Assembly: GCF_001644705.1 (NCBI RefSeq)
Contig: NZ_CP015137.1
Span: 1,320,001-1,352,000 of the forward strand
Length of the DNA stretch: 32,000 nucleotides
Direction: 5' to 3'
From: Dickeya solani IPO 2222
GTDB taxonomy: Bacteria; Pseudomonadota; Gammaproteobacteria; Enterobacterales; Enterobacteriaceae
The translations under genes and the position numbers were made by a program. The notes under the pieces were generated by a model, which was not told where the DNA came from, ran no database searches, and was given only the letters and a program-made list of their open reading frames with translations. Shown here piece by piece: positions 1 to 8,387 of the stretch (position 1 is the first letter of the stretch; every line of letters begins with the position of its first letter).

Positions 1-638
1 CCATAGGTCGCACCGGTACCTTCGCGCGGCAGCCAGACCACCTCGGCGAAATCCAGATGGCGATAGTCGATGCAATCCGCCTGCAATGGTACTTCGATAA
101 ACGCCTGCACCTGCGGCGGGTTATCCTGTTGTGATAACTGTTCCAGAATGCTTTTGATCGCCGGCAGCGCGGTTTCATCCCCCATCAGCAGCACCTGACG
201 GGTGTTTTCCGACAACACCCACTCATAACCGCCGTTATCGCCGGCAAAATCGCCGCGCGGCGCCACCACCTGCAGTTCCGCACCGGGCTGTGCGTTCAAC
301 GCCCAAGCCGAAGCCGGGCCTTCGGTGCCATGTACCACGAATTCCACCACCATTTCTCCGGCGACGGTATCCAGACTGCGCAGCGTGTAGGTGCGGGGGA
401 TCGGGCGTTGTGGTTTAGGCATTGCCTGCACCAGCTTATACCACTCGCCGACATCCGGCAGGCGCGACGGCGTGCCGTCCTCGGCGGGCAGCAACACCTT
501 AATTCGTTGATCCGGCGAGCAGATTTTCATCTGTTTCACCGCGTCGCCGCTGAATACACAACGCATCAGCGATGGGGTAAGCAATGTCTTGTGGGCCAAC
601 GTAACATCAAACACTTTATATTCCTTTACCCCAGCCAT
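1..638 (-). CDS. Siderophore-interacting protein (SIP/ViuB-type FAD-binding ferric-siderophore reductase family). N-terminal part only; the C-terminus runs off the window start.
   Basis: Reverse-strand translation from ATG (complement of 636-638) gives MAGVKEYKVFDVTLAHKTLLTPSLMRCVFSGD...RTYTLRS...GPASAWA...LLMGDETALPAIKSILEQL. It has the RxYT FAD-binding motif and the layout typical of SIP/ViuB/YqjH proteins. It is absent from the ORF track because it is truncated by the window edge. A Fur box lies upstream. Confidence 0.7.
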   Translation of the reverse strand, partial: MAGVKEYKVFDVTLAHKTLLTPSLMRCVFSGDAVKQMKICSPDQRIKVLLPAEDGTPSRLPDVGEWYKLVQAMPKPQRPIPRTYTLRSLDTVAGEMVVEFVVHGTEGPASAWALNAQPGAELQVVAPRGDFAGDNGGYEWVLSENTRQVLLMGDETALPAIKSILEQLSQQDNPPQVQAFIEVPLQADCIDYRHLDFAEVVWLPREGTGATY

Positions 639-744
639 AACTCGCCTCTACCTCTCTGCTTGTGACTCTCCGGCAACATGCCGCCTGTTGATGACTTGTG
701 CCGACAACGGCCTCAAACCCCGCACAGTTTTATCATTTACCCAC

Positions 745-763
745 GATAATGAGAAACATTATT
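745..763. promoter_or_regulatory. Fur box (iron-responsive operator) upstream of the siderophore-interacting gene
   Basis: GATAATGAGAAACATTATT matches the 19-bp Fur consensus GATAATGATAATCATTATC at 16/19 positions. It lies about 110 bp upstream of the minus-strand SIP start. Confidence 0.65.
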
Positions 764-887
764 GAGTCAATTTCTATTCTCATGACAGCCATAACCCGCT
801 GCCTCCGGATTGCACGCGGGATCACGGTTTTATCCGCTGCTTTTCGCCTATTCTGATTATTGGTTATTCACGAGATAAGGAGACCTC

Positions 888-998
888 ATGACACGCGTTA
901 TCCGGTGTTATCGCCTGAGCCTCTCCGGCGATTGCCGCCCCTGGTTCAACATCGACCACCGTCTCACCAACGATTTCCCACGCCGGTTTCATGCCTGA
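888..998 (+). CDS. tnaC: TnaC-type tryptophan-sensing leader peptide of the tryptophanase operon (36 aa)
   Basis: ATG at 888 is preceded by AAGGAG (877-882). Translation: [36 protein letters not shown]. It contains the WFNID core of E. coli TnaC (..KWFNIDNKIVDHRP*) with the same Trp-x3-Asp-x7-Pro spacing (W19, D23, P31). It sits 95 nt upstream of tnaA, is below the ORF-track size cutoff, and is in a different frame from the 860..2494 ORF. Confidence 0.8.
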   Translation: MTRVIRCYRLSLSGDCRPWFNIDHRLTNDFPRRFHA

Positions 999-1093
999 TT
1001 CAGCTACACGCTGATTTTTCTCTTTTATTTCAATCTATGTTGACGTCATACCGCGGCAGTTACGTCTGCTGGTGGGCGTCGTGGAGATATCGC

Positions 1094-2494
1094 ATGAAAC
1101 GCATTCCTGAGCCTTTTCGCATCAAAATGGTAGAAAACATCCGAATGACCACCCGCGACGAACGGGAGCGCGCCCTGCAGGAAGCAGGCTATAACCCGTT
1201 TCTGCTGCGCAGCGAGGATGTCTATATCGACCTGCTGACCGACTCCGGCACCGGCGCCATGAGCGACCGTCAATGGGCAGGGCTGATGATGGGCGACGAA
1301 GCCTACGCCGGGTCGAGAAACTATTACCACCTGTGCGATCAGGTGAAAGCGCTGCTGGGTTATCCGTTCACCATTCCCACCCATCAGGGGCGCGGCGCGG
1401 AGCAAATCCTGTTCCCGTGTCTGATTGCCAAAAAACAGCGCGCCGGCGGCGGCAAGAAACCGGTGTTTATTTCCAACTTCCATTTCGACACCACCGCCGC
1501 CCACGTGGAACTGAACGGCGCGCGCGCCATCAACGTGGTGACGCCAAAAGCCTTCGACACCACCACCTATTACGACTGGAAGGGCGACTTCGACCTTGAC
1601 CTGCTGCACACCACCATCGAGCAACACGGCGCGGACAACGTGGTGGCGATCATCACCACCGTCACCTGCAACAGCTCCGGTGGTCAGCCAATCTCGATGG
1701 GCAACATGCGCGAGGTGTATCGCATCGCGCAGCAGCACGGAATTCCGGTGGTGATCGACTCCGCCCGCTTCTGCGAAAACGCCTGGTTTATCAAACAGCG
1801 CGAAGCCGGCTACGAAAACCGTTCGATCAAGGAGATCGTCCACGAGATGTACCAATACGGCGACATGCTCACCATGTCGGCGAAGAAAGACCCGATGGTG
1901 AACATTGGCGGCCTGTGCTGTTTTCGCAGCGATGAAGATCTGTTCAATGAAGTGCGCATCCGCTGCGTGCCGATGGAAGGCTTCGTCACCTATGGCGGTC
2001 TGGCCGGGCGCGACATGGAAGCGCTGGCCATCGGGCTGGAGGAAGGGATGAACGAGGATTATCTGACCTACCGCATCGGTCAGGTGACCTACCTTGGCGA
2101 ACGCCTGCGTGCCGGCGGTATCCCGATTCAGTACCCGGTGGGTGGGCACGCGGTGTTTGTCGATGCGAAAAAGCTGCTGCCGCATATCCCGGCGGAACAG
2201 TTTCCGGCACAGGCGTTGAATAACGAGCTTTATCTGGAAGCGGGCATCCGCAGTGTGGAAATCGGCTCATTGCTACTGGGGCGGGATCCGGACACCGGCG
2301 AACAGAAACCATCGCCGCTGGAACTGCTGCGCCTGACCATCCCGCGCCGGGTGTATACCAACGATCACATGGATTACATCGCCGACTCGCTGATCGCGCT
2401 GAAGGAAAGAGCCAGCGCGATTAAAGGCCTGACCTTCACCTATGAGCCGCCGGTATTACGCCACTTTGTCGCTCGCCTGAAACCGGTGGAATAA
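1094..2494 (+). CDS. tnaA: Tryptophanase (tryptophan indole-lyase, PLP-dependent)
   Basis: [15 protein letters not shown]...[12 protein letters not shown]...[12 protein letters not shown]...[13 protein letters not shown]...[15 protein letters not shown]...[14 protein letters not shown] aligns along its length with E. coli TnaA, including the SAKKD PLP-lysine motif. It is closer to TnaA than to tyrosine phenol-lyase. I chose the start at ATG 1094 (GGAG at 1083-1086); the 860 start in the ORF track is an upstream read-through of the leader region. Confidence 0.9.
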   Translation: MKRIPEPFRIKMVENIRMTTRDERERALQEAGYNPFLLRSEDVYIDLLTDSGTGAMSDRQWAGLMMGDEAYAGSRNYYHLCDQVKALLGYPFTIPTHQGRGAEQILFPCLIAKKQRAGGGKKPVFISNFHFDTTAAHVELNGARAINVVTPKAFDTTTYYDWKGDFDLDLLHTTIEQHGADNVVAIITTVTCNSSGGQPISMGNMREVYRIAQQHGIPVVIDSARFCENAWFIKQREAGYENRSIKEIVHEMYQYGDMLTMSAKKDPMVNIGGLCCFRSDEDLFNEVRIRCVPMEGFVTYGGLAGRDMEALAIGLEEGMNEDYLTYRIGQVTYLGERLRAGGIPIQYPVGGHAVFVDAKKLLPHIPAEQFPAQALNNELYLEAGIRSVEIGSLLLGRDPDTGEQKPSPLELLRLTIPRRVYTNDHMDYIADSLIALKERASAIKGLTFTYEPPVLRHFVARLKPVE

Positions 2495-2523
2495 CGCTCC
2501 ACCATAAAACCCGCCATAAAAAA

Positions 2524-2547
2524 AGCCAGCGGAACACGCCGCTGGCT
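2524..2547 (-). terminator. Rho-independent terminator of sgrS; the hairpin is shared with convergent tnaA
   Basis: Stem AGCCAGCGG (2524-2532) pairs with CCGCTGGCT (2539-2547) around a 6-nt loop. A 7-nt A-run (2518-2524) on the plus strand gives a U-run for the minus-strand transcript. There is no U-run on the plus-strand side. Confidence 0.75.
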
Positions 2548-2626
2548 GGTGAACAGCACCATTACTCAGAACATGGCGGCGGTATCCCGCCGCCGTTCTC
2601 ACTCTCATTCGATGTTGCCGCCTGCC

Positions 2627-2773
2627 TTACAGCCAGCGGCGATAGTCTTCCTCATCCATCTCCGGGATCTGCCATTGGGTAACCTGCAGCAGCAACGCCA
2701 TCCGCTGGGCGGCGGTGAGTACCCCCCATCCCCGGCAGAGCCAGTGCTGATAAAAGCGGAATAACCGGCACAT
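2627..2773 (-). CDS. sgrT: SgrT-like small protein encoded within SgrS (48 aa)
   Basis: Minus-strand ATG at 2773. Translation: MCRLFRFYQHWLCRGWGVLTAAQRMALLLQVTQWQIPEMDEEDYRRWL*. It resembles E. coli SgrT (MRQFYQHYFTATAKLCWLRWLSVPQRLTMLEGLMQWDDRNSES) at FYQH and QR(M/L)..L....QW. It is not in the ORF track (<60 aa); the track's 2605..2811 minus ORF is a different frame. Confidence 0.65.
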   Translation of the reverse strand: MCRLFRFYQHWLCRGWGVLTAAQRMALLLQVTQWQIPEMDEEDYRRWL

Positions 2774-2884
2774 ATTGCCTCCCCATCACGGCGGTTGATG
2801 CACTGAACCATTCACTGACTCAAAGTATCCGCGTAATATAGGGAAAAATATATTGATGACCTTGAGTCGTGGAGTTCCCCTTTT

Positions 2885-4552
2885 ATGTCTTCGCCACGCC
2901 TGCAACAACAGTTCATCCGGCTATGGCAATGCCTGCAGGGTCAGGATACCAACACCACGCTGCAGGAGCTGGCGCTGCTGCTCAACTGCTCGCGCCGCCA
3001 TATCCGTTCCCTGCTGAACGCCATGCAACAACAGGGCTGGCTCACCTGGCAGGCAGAAGCCGGGCGCGGTAAACGCTCGCGCCTCAGCTTTCTCTATACC
3101 GGATTAACCCTGCAACAGCAGCGCGCCGAAGACTTGCTGGAGCAAGACCGCATCGACCAGTTGGTGCAACTGGTGGGCGACAAGGAAACCGTACGCCAGA
3201 TGCTGCTGTCCCATCTCGGCCGCAGCGTGCGACAAGGGCGTCACCTGCTGCGCATCCTGTATTACCGGCCGATGCATAACCTGTTGCCCGGCAGCGCGCT
3301 GCGGCGTTCGGAAACCCACATCGCCCGCCAGATTTTCAGCGGCCTGACCAGCCTAAATGAGGAAAATGGGGAACTGTTGCCGGATATCGCCCACCACTGG
3401 CAGGCGCTGTCGCCGCTGCACTGGCGTTTCTATCTGCGCCCGGCCATTCGTTTTCACCACGGCCGGGAACTGACCATGGAAGACGTGATCGCCTCGTTGT
3501 CCCGGCTGACGGCGCTGCCGCTGTTCTCACACCTGACCGACATCGCCTCCCCCACGCCGTTCGTGCTGGATATCCGGCTCAGCATGCCGGACGACTGGCT
3601 ACCGTGGCTGCTCGGCAGCGTACCGGCGATGATCCTGCCCAAAGAGTGGCAAACGCTGCCGGACTTTATGCGCCAGCCTATCGGCACCGGGCCGTATCAG
3701 GTGGTGCGCAACTCACCCAACCAGTTGAAAATCGCCGCGTTTGATGACTATTTCGGCTACCGGGCGTTGATTGACGAAGTCAGTATCTGGGTGCTGCCGG
3801 ACGCGCCGATCATTCCCGCCTGTACGGTCACGCTGCAAGGCGACGATACCACCGACAATGAACTGGAGAACCGGCTGGAAGAAGGCTGCTATTTCCTGCT
3901 GTTCGACCGCCGTTCGCCGCAGATGGCGGACTCGGAGATCCGTCACTGGTTGTGTCAGGTGCTGAGCCCGGTGGCGATGCTGGGCTTGGCCGATAGCCCG
4001 TACCAGAGCGAGTGGTCTCCCGCTTACGGCCTGCTGCCGCGCTGGCATCACAGCCCGCCGCGAGCGGTGCGGGAAAAACCGGTCGGCCTGACTCACCTCA
4101 CCCTCACCTGCTACCGCGATCACCCCGAATACGAAGTGATAAGCAGCATTATGGGCCGTCTGCTGGCGTCGCACGGCGTCACGTTGACGCTACGCAGCCT
4201 GGAATTCGACGCCTGGTGTCAGGGCGACGACGCCAGCGATCTCTGGCTCGGCAGCGCCAACTTCTATCTGCCGCTGGAATTTTCGCTGTTCGCGATGCTG
4301 TACGAACTGCCGCTGCTGCGGCACTGCCTGGGCGATGACGAACTGGAACACACCGCTCGCCAGTGGCGTCAGGGCCAGTTATCGCTGGCGGAGTGGTGCC
4401 AGTCGCTGGTCAGCCGCCAGCAACTCCATCCGCTGTTCCACCACTGGCTGCGGTTGCAGGGTCAGGTCAGCATGCGCGGGCTGCGCATGAACACGCTGGG
4501 CTGGTTCGATTTCAAATCCGCCTGGTTTGCGCCGCCAAACCCGACAGCATAA
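2885..4552 (+). CDS. sgrR: SgrR transcriptional regulator (wHTH plus solute-binding-protein-like domain)
   Basis: [16 protein letters not shown]...[39 protein letters not shown]...[22 protein letters not shown] is near-colinear with E. coli SgrR (YabN). It is divergent from sgrS. Confidence 0.9.
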   Translation: MSSPRLQQQFIRLWQCLQGQDTNTTLQELALLLNCSRRHIRSLLNAMQQQGWLTWQAEAGRGKRSRLSFLYTGLTLQQQRAEDLLEQDRIDQLVQLVGDKETVRQMLLSHLGRSVRQGRHLLRILYYRPMHNLLPGSALRRSETHIARQIFSGLTSLNEENGELLPDIAHHWQALSPLHWRFYLRPAIRFHHGRELTMEDVIASLSRLTALPLFSHLTDIASPTPFVLDIRLSMPDDWLPWLLGSVPAMILPKEWQTLPDFMRQPIGTGPYQVVRNSPNQLKIAAFDDYFGYRALIDEVSIWVLPDAPIIPACTVTLQGDDTTDNELENRLEEGCYFLLFDRRSPQMADSEIRHWLCQVLSPVAMLGLADSPYQSEWSPAYGLLPRWHHSPPRAVREKPVGLTHLTLTCYRDHPEYEVISSIMGRLLASHGVTLTLRSLEFDAWCQGDDASDLWLGSANFYLPLEFSLFAMLYELPLLRHCLGDDELEHTARQWRQGQLSLAEWCQSLVSRQQLHPLFHHWLRLQGQVSMRGLRMNTLGWFDFKSAWFAPPNPTA

Positions 4553-4612
4553 CCGCCTGCCGGCGGTTATGACGCTTTTCCTAATGTGACAAACACTTTA
4601 CAATACCGCCGT

Positions 4613-4708
4613 TCTCAACGGGGTGCGGCCAACGTTCGTGTACGTTTGCGTCGCTGAGAAAATACCCGTCGAACCTGATCCGGTTAATACCGGCGAAGGG
4701 ATTTGAGA
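4613..4708 (+). promoter_or_regulatory. TPP (THI-box) riboswitch in the thiB leader
   Basis: P1 arms TCTCAA (4613-4618) and TTGAGA (4703-4708) enclose GGGGUGC...CUGAGAAAAUACCCGUCGAACCUGAUCCGGUUAAUACCGGCGAAGGGA. This matches the conserved THI-box core (GGGGUGC, CUGAGA, ACCC, AACCUGAUC-GG-UAAU-CC-GCG-AGGGA). It lies 54 nt upstream of the thiB start. Confidence 0.85.
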
Positions 4709-4761
4709 CTGCATCTTGCTTGCTCAAAGACCTTTGCCGCCTTCAACAATTGGAGCGCAAA

Positions 4762-5745
4762 GTGTTAAAGAAATTACTGTCCTGCCTGTTACTGCTGTCT
4801 GCCCCCGTGTTCGCCAAACCGACCCTGACGGTCTACACCTATGATTCATTCTCCTCGGAGTGGGGCCCCGGTCCGGGCGTCAAAACCGCGTTTGAAAAAG
4901 AGTGCAACTGCGAGCTGAAATTCGTGGCGCTGGAAGACGGCGTCGCCCTGCTCAACCGCCTGCGTATGGAAGGCAAAAATACCCCGGCGGACGTGGTGCT
5001 GGGGCTGGATAATAATCTGGTGCAGGCGGCGGCGCAGACCGGCCTGTTCGCCCCGCATGGCGTCAACACCAGCGGGCTGACGGTGCCCGGCGGCTGGCAC
5101 AACGACACCTTCCTGCCCTTCGATTACGGCTATTTCGCCTTCGTCTACAACAAGGACAAACTGAAGAACCCGCCCAAAAGTCTGCGTGAACTGGTGGAAA
5201 GCGACCAGCCGTGGAAAGTGATCTATGAAGATCCGCGCACCAGCACGCCGGGTCTGGGACTGCTGCTATGGATGCAGAAAGTCTATGGCGACAAGGCGCC
5301 GCAGGCCTGGCAGAAACTGGCGGCCAAAACCGTCACCGTCACCAAAGGCTGGAGCGAAGCCTACGGCCTGTTCCTGAAGGGCGAAGCCGATCTGGTGCTG
5401 AGCTACACCACCTCGCCGGCTTACCACCTTATCGCCGAGAAGAAAGACAATTACGCGGCAGCCAGTTTCAGCGAGGGCCACTACCTGCAGGTGGAAGTGG
5501 CGGCACAACTGGCCGGCAGTAAAAACCCGCAACTGGCGGCACGCTTCCTGCAATTCATGGTCAGCCCGACCTTCCAGCAGATCATTCCCACCACCAACTG
5601 GATGTACCCGGTGATCAAAACCGAGCTGCCCGCAGGCTATAACACCCTGCCTCTGCCGGCCACCGCGCTGGAGTTCACCTCGCAGCAGGTGGCCGAACAG
5701 CGTGCGAATTGGGTGCAGGCATGGCAACGCGCCGTCAGCCGCTGA
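4762..5745 (+). CDS. thiB: Thiamine/TPP ABC transporter periplasmic binding protein
   Basis: From GTG 4762 (GGAG at 4752-4755): [30 protein letters not shown]...GPGPGVK...[19 protein letters not shown]...SYTTSPAYH, colinear with E. coli ThiB (TbpA). The ORF-track start at 4720 would fall inside the riboswitch expression platform. Confidence 0.9.
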   Translation: MLKKLLSCLLLLSAPVFAKPTLTVYTYDSFSSEWGPGPGVKTAFEKECNCELKFVALEDGVALLNRLRMEGKNTPADVVLGLDNNLVQAAAQTGLFAPHGVNTSGLTVPGGWHNDTFLPFDYGYFAFVYNKDKLKNPPKSLRELVESDQPWKVIYEDPRTSTPGLGLLLWMQKVYGDKAPQAWQKLAAKTVTVTKGWSEAYGLFLKGEADLVLSYTTSPAYHLIAEKKDNYAAASFSEGHYLQVEVAAQLAGSKNPQLAARFLQFMVSPTFQQIIPTTNWMYPVIKTELPAGYNTLPLPATALEFTSQQVAEQRANWVQAWQRAVSR

Positions 5746-7331
5746 TTCCCGGCTGGCTGTGGCCGGGGCTGCTGGCGGCCGCGCTGTTGACCGGCACCGC
5801 GGCGCTGGCGTTCGCCGCGTTATGGCTGGACGCGCCCGGCGCGCCCTGGCAATCGCTGTGGGATGACAGCTACCTGTGGCATGTCATCCGCTTCAGCTTC
5901 TGGCAGGCGCTGCTGTCGGCGCTGCTTTCCACCCTACCCGCGCTGTTTCTGGCGCGGGCGTTGTACCGCCGCCGCTTTCCCGGCCATCGGTTGCTGTTGC
6001 GCCTGTGCGCGATGACGCTGGTGCTGCCGGTGCTGGTGGCGGTATTCGGCATCCTCAGCGTCTACGGCCGCGAGGGCTGGCTGGCCCGCCTGCTGATGCA
6101 GTTCGGTATCGAATACCGTTTTTCGCCTTACGGTTTACAGGGCATTTTGCTGGCCCACGTCTTTTTTAATCTGCCGCTGGCGACCCGGCTGTTTGTGCAG
6201 GCGCTGGAAGGCATCGCCACCGAGCAGCGCCAGTTGGCGGCGCAGCTTGGCCTGCGCGGCTGGCACTTTTTCCGACTGGTGGAGTGGCCGTGGCTGCGCC
6301 GTCAGCTGTTGCCCGCCGGTGCGCTGATTTTCATGCTGTGTTTCGCCAGCTTCGCCACCGTGCTGGCGCTGGGCGGCGGTCCGCGTGCCACCACTATCGA
6401 ACTGGCGATCTATCAGGCGCTGAGCTTCGATTATGACCCGGCGCGCGCCGCGTTGCTGGCGCTGTTGCAAATGGTGTGCTGCCTGGGGCTGGTGTTGCTC
6501 AGCCAGCGGCTGGGCCAGTTGCTGGCGGTGGGCGCCGGCAATCGCCTGAGTTGGCGCGACCCGCAGGACAGCCGGTTCAGCCGCGTTGCCGATACGCTGC
6601 TGATTGCGGCGGCGCTGCTATTGCTGTTGCCGCCGCTGCTGGCGGTGGTGGTGGACGGCCTGAATCGCTCGCTGCCGGACGTGTTGCGCCAGCCCGCGCT
6701 ATGGCAAACGCTCTGGACCTCGCTGCGCATCGCGCTGGCCGCCGGCGCGCTCAGCGTGGTGCTGACGTTGATGCTACTGTGGAGCAGCCGGGAACTAAAA
6801 CTGCGCCAGCGGCGGCTGCCCGCCCAATTATTGGATGTAAGCGGAATGCTGATTCTGGCGATGCCGGGGATTGTGCTGGCGTCCGGTTTTTTCCTGCTGT
6901 TTAACCGCACCGTCGGGTTACCGGCTTCCCCTTACGGACTGGTGGTATTGACCAACGCGCTGCTGGCCATCCCCTATGCGATGAAAGTACTGGAAAACCC
7001 GATGGTCGACACGGCGGCGCGTTATAGTCTGTTGTGCCAGTCGCTGGATATCCGCGGCTGGCATCGTCTCAGGGTGGTGGAGCTGAAGGCGTTACGCGCG
7101 CCCATCGCGCAGGCGCTGGCCTTTGCCAGCGTGCTGTCGGTGGGCGATTTTGGCATCATCGCCCTGTTCGGCAACGAACAGTTCCGCACCCTGCCGTTTT
7201 ATCTTTATCAGCAGATTGGCGCTTATCGCAGCGCCGACGGCGCGGTGACGGCGCTGCTACTGCTGCTGCTGTGTTTTATGCTGTTTACCCTGATTGAGAA
7301 ACTGGCAGGCCTTAATGATCGCGCTCGATAA
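5721..7331 (+). CDS. thiP: Thiamine ABC transporter permease
   Basis: [13 protein letters not shown]...[21 protein letters not shown]...[23 protein letters not shown]...[14 protein letters not shown] matches E. coli ThiP. The start at 5721 overlaps the thiB 3' end by 25 nt. Confidence 0.9.
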   Translation: MATRRQPLIPGWLWPGLLAAALLTGTAALAFAALWLDAPGAPWQSLWDDSYLWHVIRFSFWQALLSALLSTLPALFLARALYRRRFPGHRLLLRLCAMTLVLPVLVAVFGILSVYGREGWLARLLMQFGIEYRFSPYGLQGILLAHVFFNLPLATRLFVQALEGIATEQRQLAAQLGLRGWHFFRLVEWPWLRRQLLPAGALIFMLCFASFATVLALGGGPRATTIELAIYQALSFDYDPARAALLALLQMVCCLGLVLLSQRLGQLLAVGAGNRLSWRDPQDSRFSRVADTLLIAAALLLLLPPLLAVVVDGLNRSLPDVLRQPALWQTLWTSLRIALAAGALSVVLTLMLLWSSRELKLRQRRLPAQLLDVSGMLILAMPGIVLASGFFLLFNRTVGLPASPYGLVVLTNALLAIPYAMKVLENPMVDTAARYSLLCQSLDIRGWHRLRVVELKALRAPIAQALAFASVLSVGDFGIIALFGNEQFRTLPFYLYQQIGAYRSADGAVTALLLLLLCFMLFTLIEKLAGLNDRAR

Positions 7332-8007
7332 GTTAACCTACCTCTACCAACACCTGCCGATGCACTTTGATTTACAGGTGCAGCCCGGCGAACGCATTGC
7401 CATTCTGGGCCCGAGCGGCGCGGGCAAAAGCACCTTGCTCAGCCTGATCGCCGGTTTCCTGCCGGCCGACAGCGGTCGGTTACGGCTTAACGGACAAGAT
7501 CACTTCGCCACGCCGCCGGCAAAACGCCCGGTGTCGATCCTGTTCCAGGAAAATAACCTGTTTCCTCACCTGACGCTGGCGCAGAATATCGCGCTCGGCC
7601 TGCACCCCGGCCTGAAACTGACCGCAGACCAACGAGGGACGCTGCGTGATATCGCCAGCCGCATGGGGCTGTCGGACTTACTGGAACGCCTGCCGTCGCA
7701 GGTGTCCGGCGGCCAACGGCAACGGGTGGCGCTGGCGCGCTGCCTGATTCGCCAGCAGCCAATCCTGCTGCTGGACGAGCCGTTCTCCGCGCTCGACCCG
7801 GCGCTGCGTCAGGAAATGCTGGCGCTGGTGGACGAGATCTGCCGGGATCGCCAGTTGACGCTATTGATGGTATCGCACCAGTTGGAAGACGCCGCGCGCA
7901 TTGCACCGCGCAGCGTACTGGTGGTGGACGGCCGCATCTATCACGATGGCCCAACCGGGGAACTGGCTAACCACCCGGATGCGGCGCGGATCTTGGGTTT
8001 GAGGTGA
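7315..8007 (+). CDS. thiQ: Thiamine ABC transporter ATP-binding protein
   Basis: [20 protein letters not shown]...[11 protein letters not shown] (Walker A)...[13 protein letters not shown] (signature)...[11 protein letters not shown] (Walker B), colinear with E. coli ThiQ. The start at 7315 overlaps the thiP stop. Confidence 0.85.
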   Translation: MIALDKLTYLYQHLPMHFDLQVQPGERIAILGPSGAGKSTLLSLIAGFLPADSGRLRLNGQDHFATPPAKRPVSILFQENNLFPHLTLAQNIALGLHPGLKLTADQRGTLRDIASRMGLSDLLERLPSQVSGGQRQRVALARCLIRQQPILLLDEPFSALDPALRQEMLALVDEICRDRQLTLLMVSHQLEDAARIAPRSVLVVDGRIYHDGPTGELANHPDAARILGLR

Positions 8008-8037
8008 CAGCTCGGTCTGGGGTGACAGCTTGGTCTG
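8003..8037. repeat. Tandem 17/18-bp direct repeat spanning the thiQ stop codon
   Basis: GGTGACAGCTCGGTCTG (8003-8019) and GGTGACAGCTTGGTCTG (8021-8037) match at 16/17 positions and are separated by one G. Copy 1 contains the thiQ TGA. Confidence 0.8.
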
Positions 8038-8067
8038 AAATGACTGAGTGAAACCCCACCAAAAAAA

Positions 8068-8083
8068 TGTGATCTTCCGCACA
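8068..8083. promoter_or_regulatory. Candidate CRP-cAMP site upstream of ivbL-ilvBN
   Basis: TGTGA-TCTTCC-GCACA against the consensus TGTGA-N6-TCACA (9/10). A possible promoter, TTGTCT(8111-8116)-N18-TTAGAT(8135-8140), would centre the site near -71.5 (inferred). E. coli ilvBN is known to be CRP-activated. Confidence 0.4.
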
Positions 8084-8178
8084 ACTTTGTCTTTTCAGTG
8101 CGACAGAGCCTTGTCTGATTTTCCGCACTCATGGTTAGATGAAGACGCTGATTAACCCAAACGAATATAAGGTTCTCC

Positions 8179-8280
8179 GTGAAACACGCCGCCCCTACTT
8201 TCGCACTACTAAACAACACCGCGCTGCTTGACGCGGTCGTCGTCGTGCGCGTGGTGGTCGTGGTCGGCAGCGCGCCGTAA
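8179..8280 (+). CDS. ivbL: ilvBN leader peptide (Val/Leu-rich attenuation peptide, about 33 aa; start codon uncertain)
   Basis: The frame ending at TAA 8278-8280 reads (V/M)KHAAPTFALLNNTALLDAVVVVRVVVVVGSAP*. E. coli IvbL reads MTTSMLNAKLLPTAPSAAVVVVRVVVVVGNAP. GTG 8179 is preceded by AAGG (8169-8172). The ORF-track entry 8228..8413 is the wrong frame. Confidence 0.75.
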   Translation: MKHAAPTFALLNNTALLDAVVVVRVVVVVGSAP

Positions 8281-8307
8281 CGGGTTCCGAATCAAGCCTA
8301 GATTCAC

Positions 8308-8346
8308 AAACCCCGCCGGCGCAAGCCGAGCGGGGTTTCTTTTTTC
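8308..8346 (+). terminator. ilvBN attenuator (rho-independent terminator after the leader peptide)
   Basis: AAACCCCGC (8308-8316) pairs with GCGGGGTTT (8330-8338) and is followed by CTTTTTTCC. It lies 28 nt after the ivbL stop and about 40 nt before the ilvB ATG. Confidence 0.8.
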
Positions 8347-8387
8347 CACCCTCCCCGCTCCTCCTGACACCGGTTCTGATAAAGGAT

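Larger units (their letters stand above)
2518..2787 (-). ncRNA. sgrS: SgrS small RNA (glucose-phosphate stress dual-function sRNA); 5' end approximate
   Basis: The minus-strand 3' part reads ..CAUGUUCUGAGUAAUGGUGCUGUUCACCAGCCAGCGGCGUGUUCCGCUGGCUUUUUUU. E. coli SgrS reads ..CAUGUGUGACUGAGUAUUGGUGUAAAAUCACCCGCCAGCAGAUUAUACCUGCUGGUUUUUUUU. Shared elements: the seed-like CUGAGUAxUGGUG, a small hairpin, and a terminator plus U-run. It is divergent from sgrR as in E. coli and contains an SgrT-like ORF. Confidence 0.8.

Noticed and set aside
330-665. 111-aa plus-strand ORF at the left end
   Set aside because: It is antisense to the siderophore-interacting protein gene, whose translation is clearly homologous to a known family. 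It has no RBS and an odd composition.
780-880. Possible CRP site upstream of tnaC (ctgattattggttattcacga and ttgcacgcgggatcacgg)
   Set aside because: Both candidates match only one half-site of TGTGA-N6-TCACA. That is too weak to call, even though tna operons are catabolite-controlled.
860-1093. N-terminal 78-codon extension of tnaA in the ORF track
   Set aside because: Homology to TnaA begins at [11 protein letters not shown] (ATG 1094, with a GGAG RBS). The upstream part uses a non-ATG start, overlaps the tnaC leader in another frame, and covers the spacer expected to be untranslated.
1046-2185. 379-aa minus-strand ORF antisense to tnaA. Similar long antisense ORFs occur at 8304..9959 (-), 20719..21978 (-), 23268..24017 (-), 24207..25187 (-), 18144..19073 (+), 27211..27900 (-), 28879..29568 (-), 15479..15994 (+) and 16437..17057 (+).
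   Set aside because: Each lies fully inside a confidently identified conserved gene on the opposite strand. Their products are Arg/Gly/Ala/His-rich low-complexity sequence, typical of shadow ORFs in high-G+C DNA.
2549-2811. Track ORFs 2549..2764 (+) and 2605..2811 (-) in the tnaA-sgrR gap
   Set aside because: The region is explained by SgrS. The SgrT-like reading frame (2627..2773, -) differs from both track ORFs, which show no SgrT similarity.
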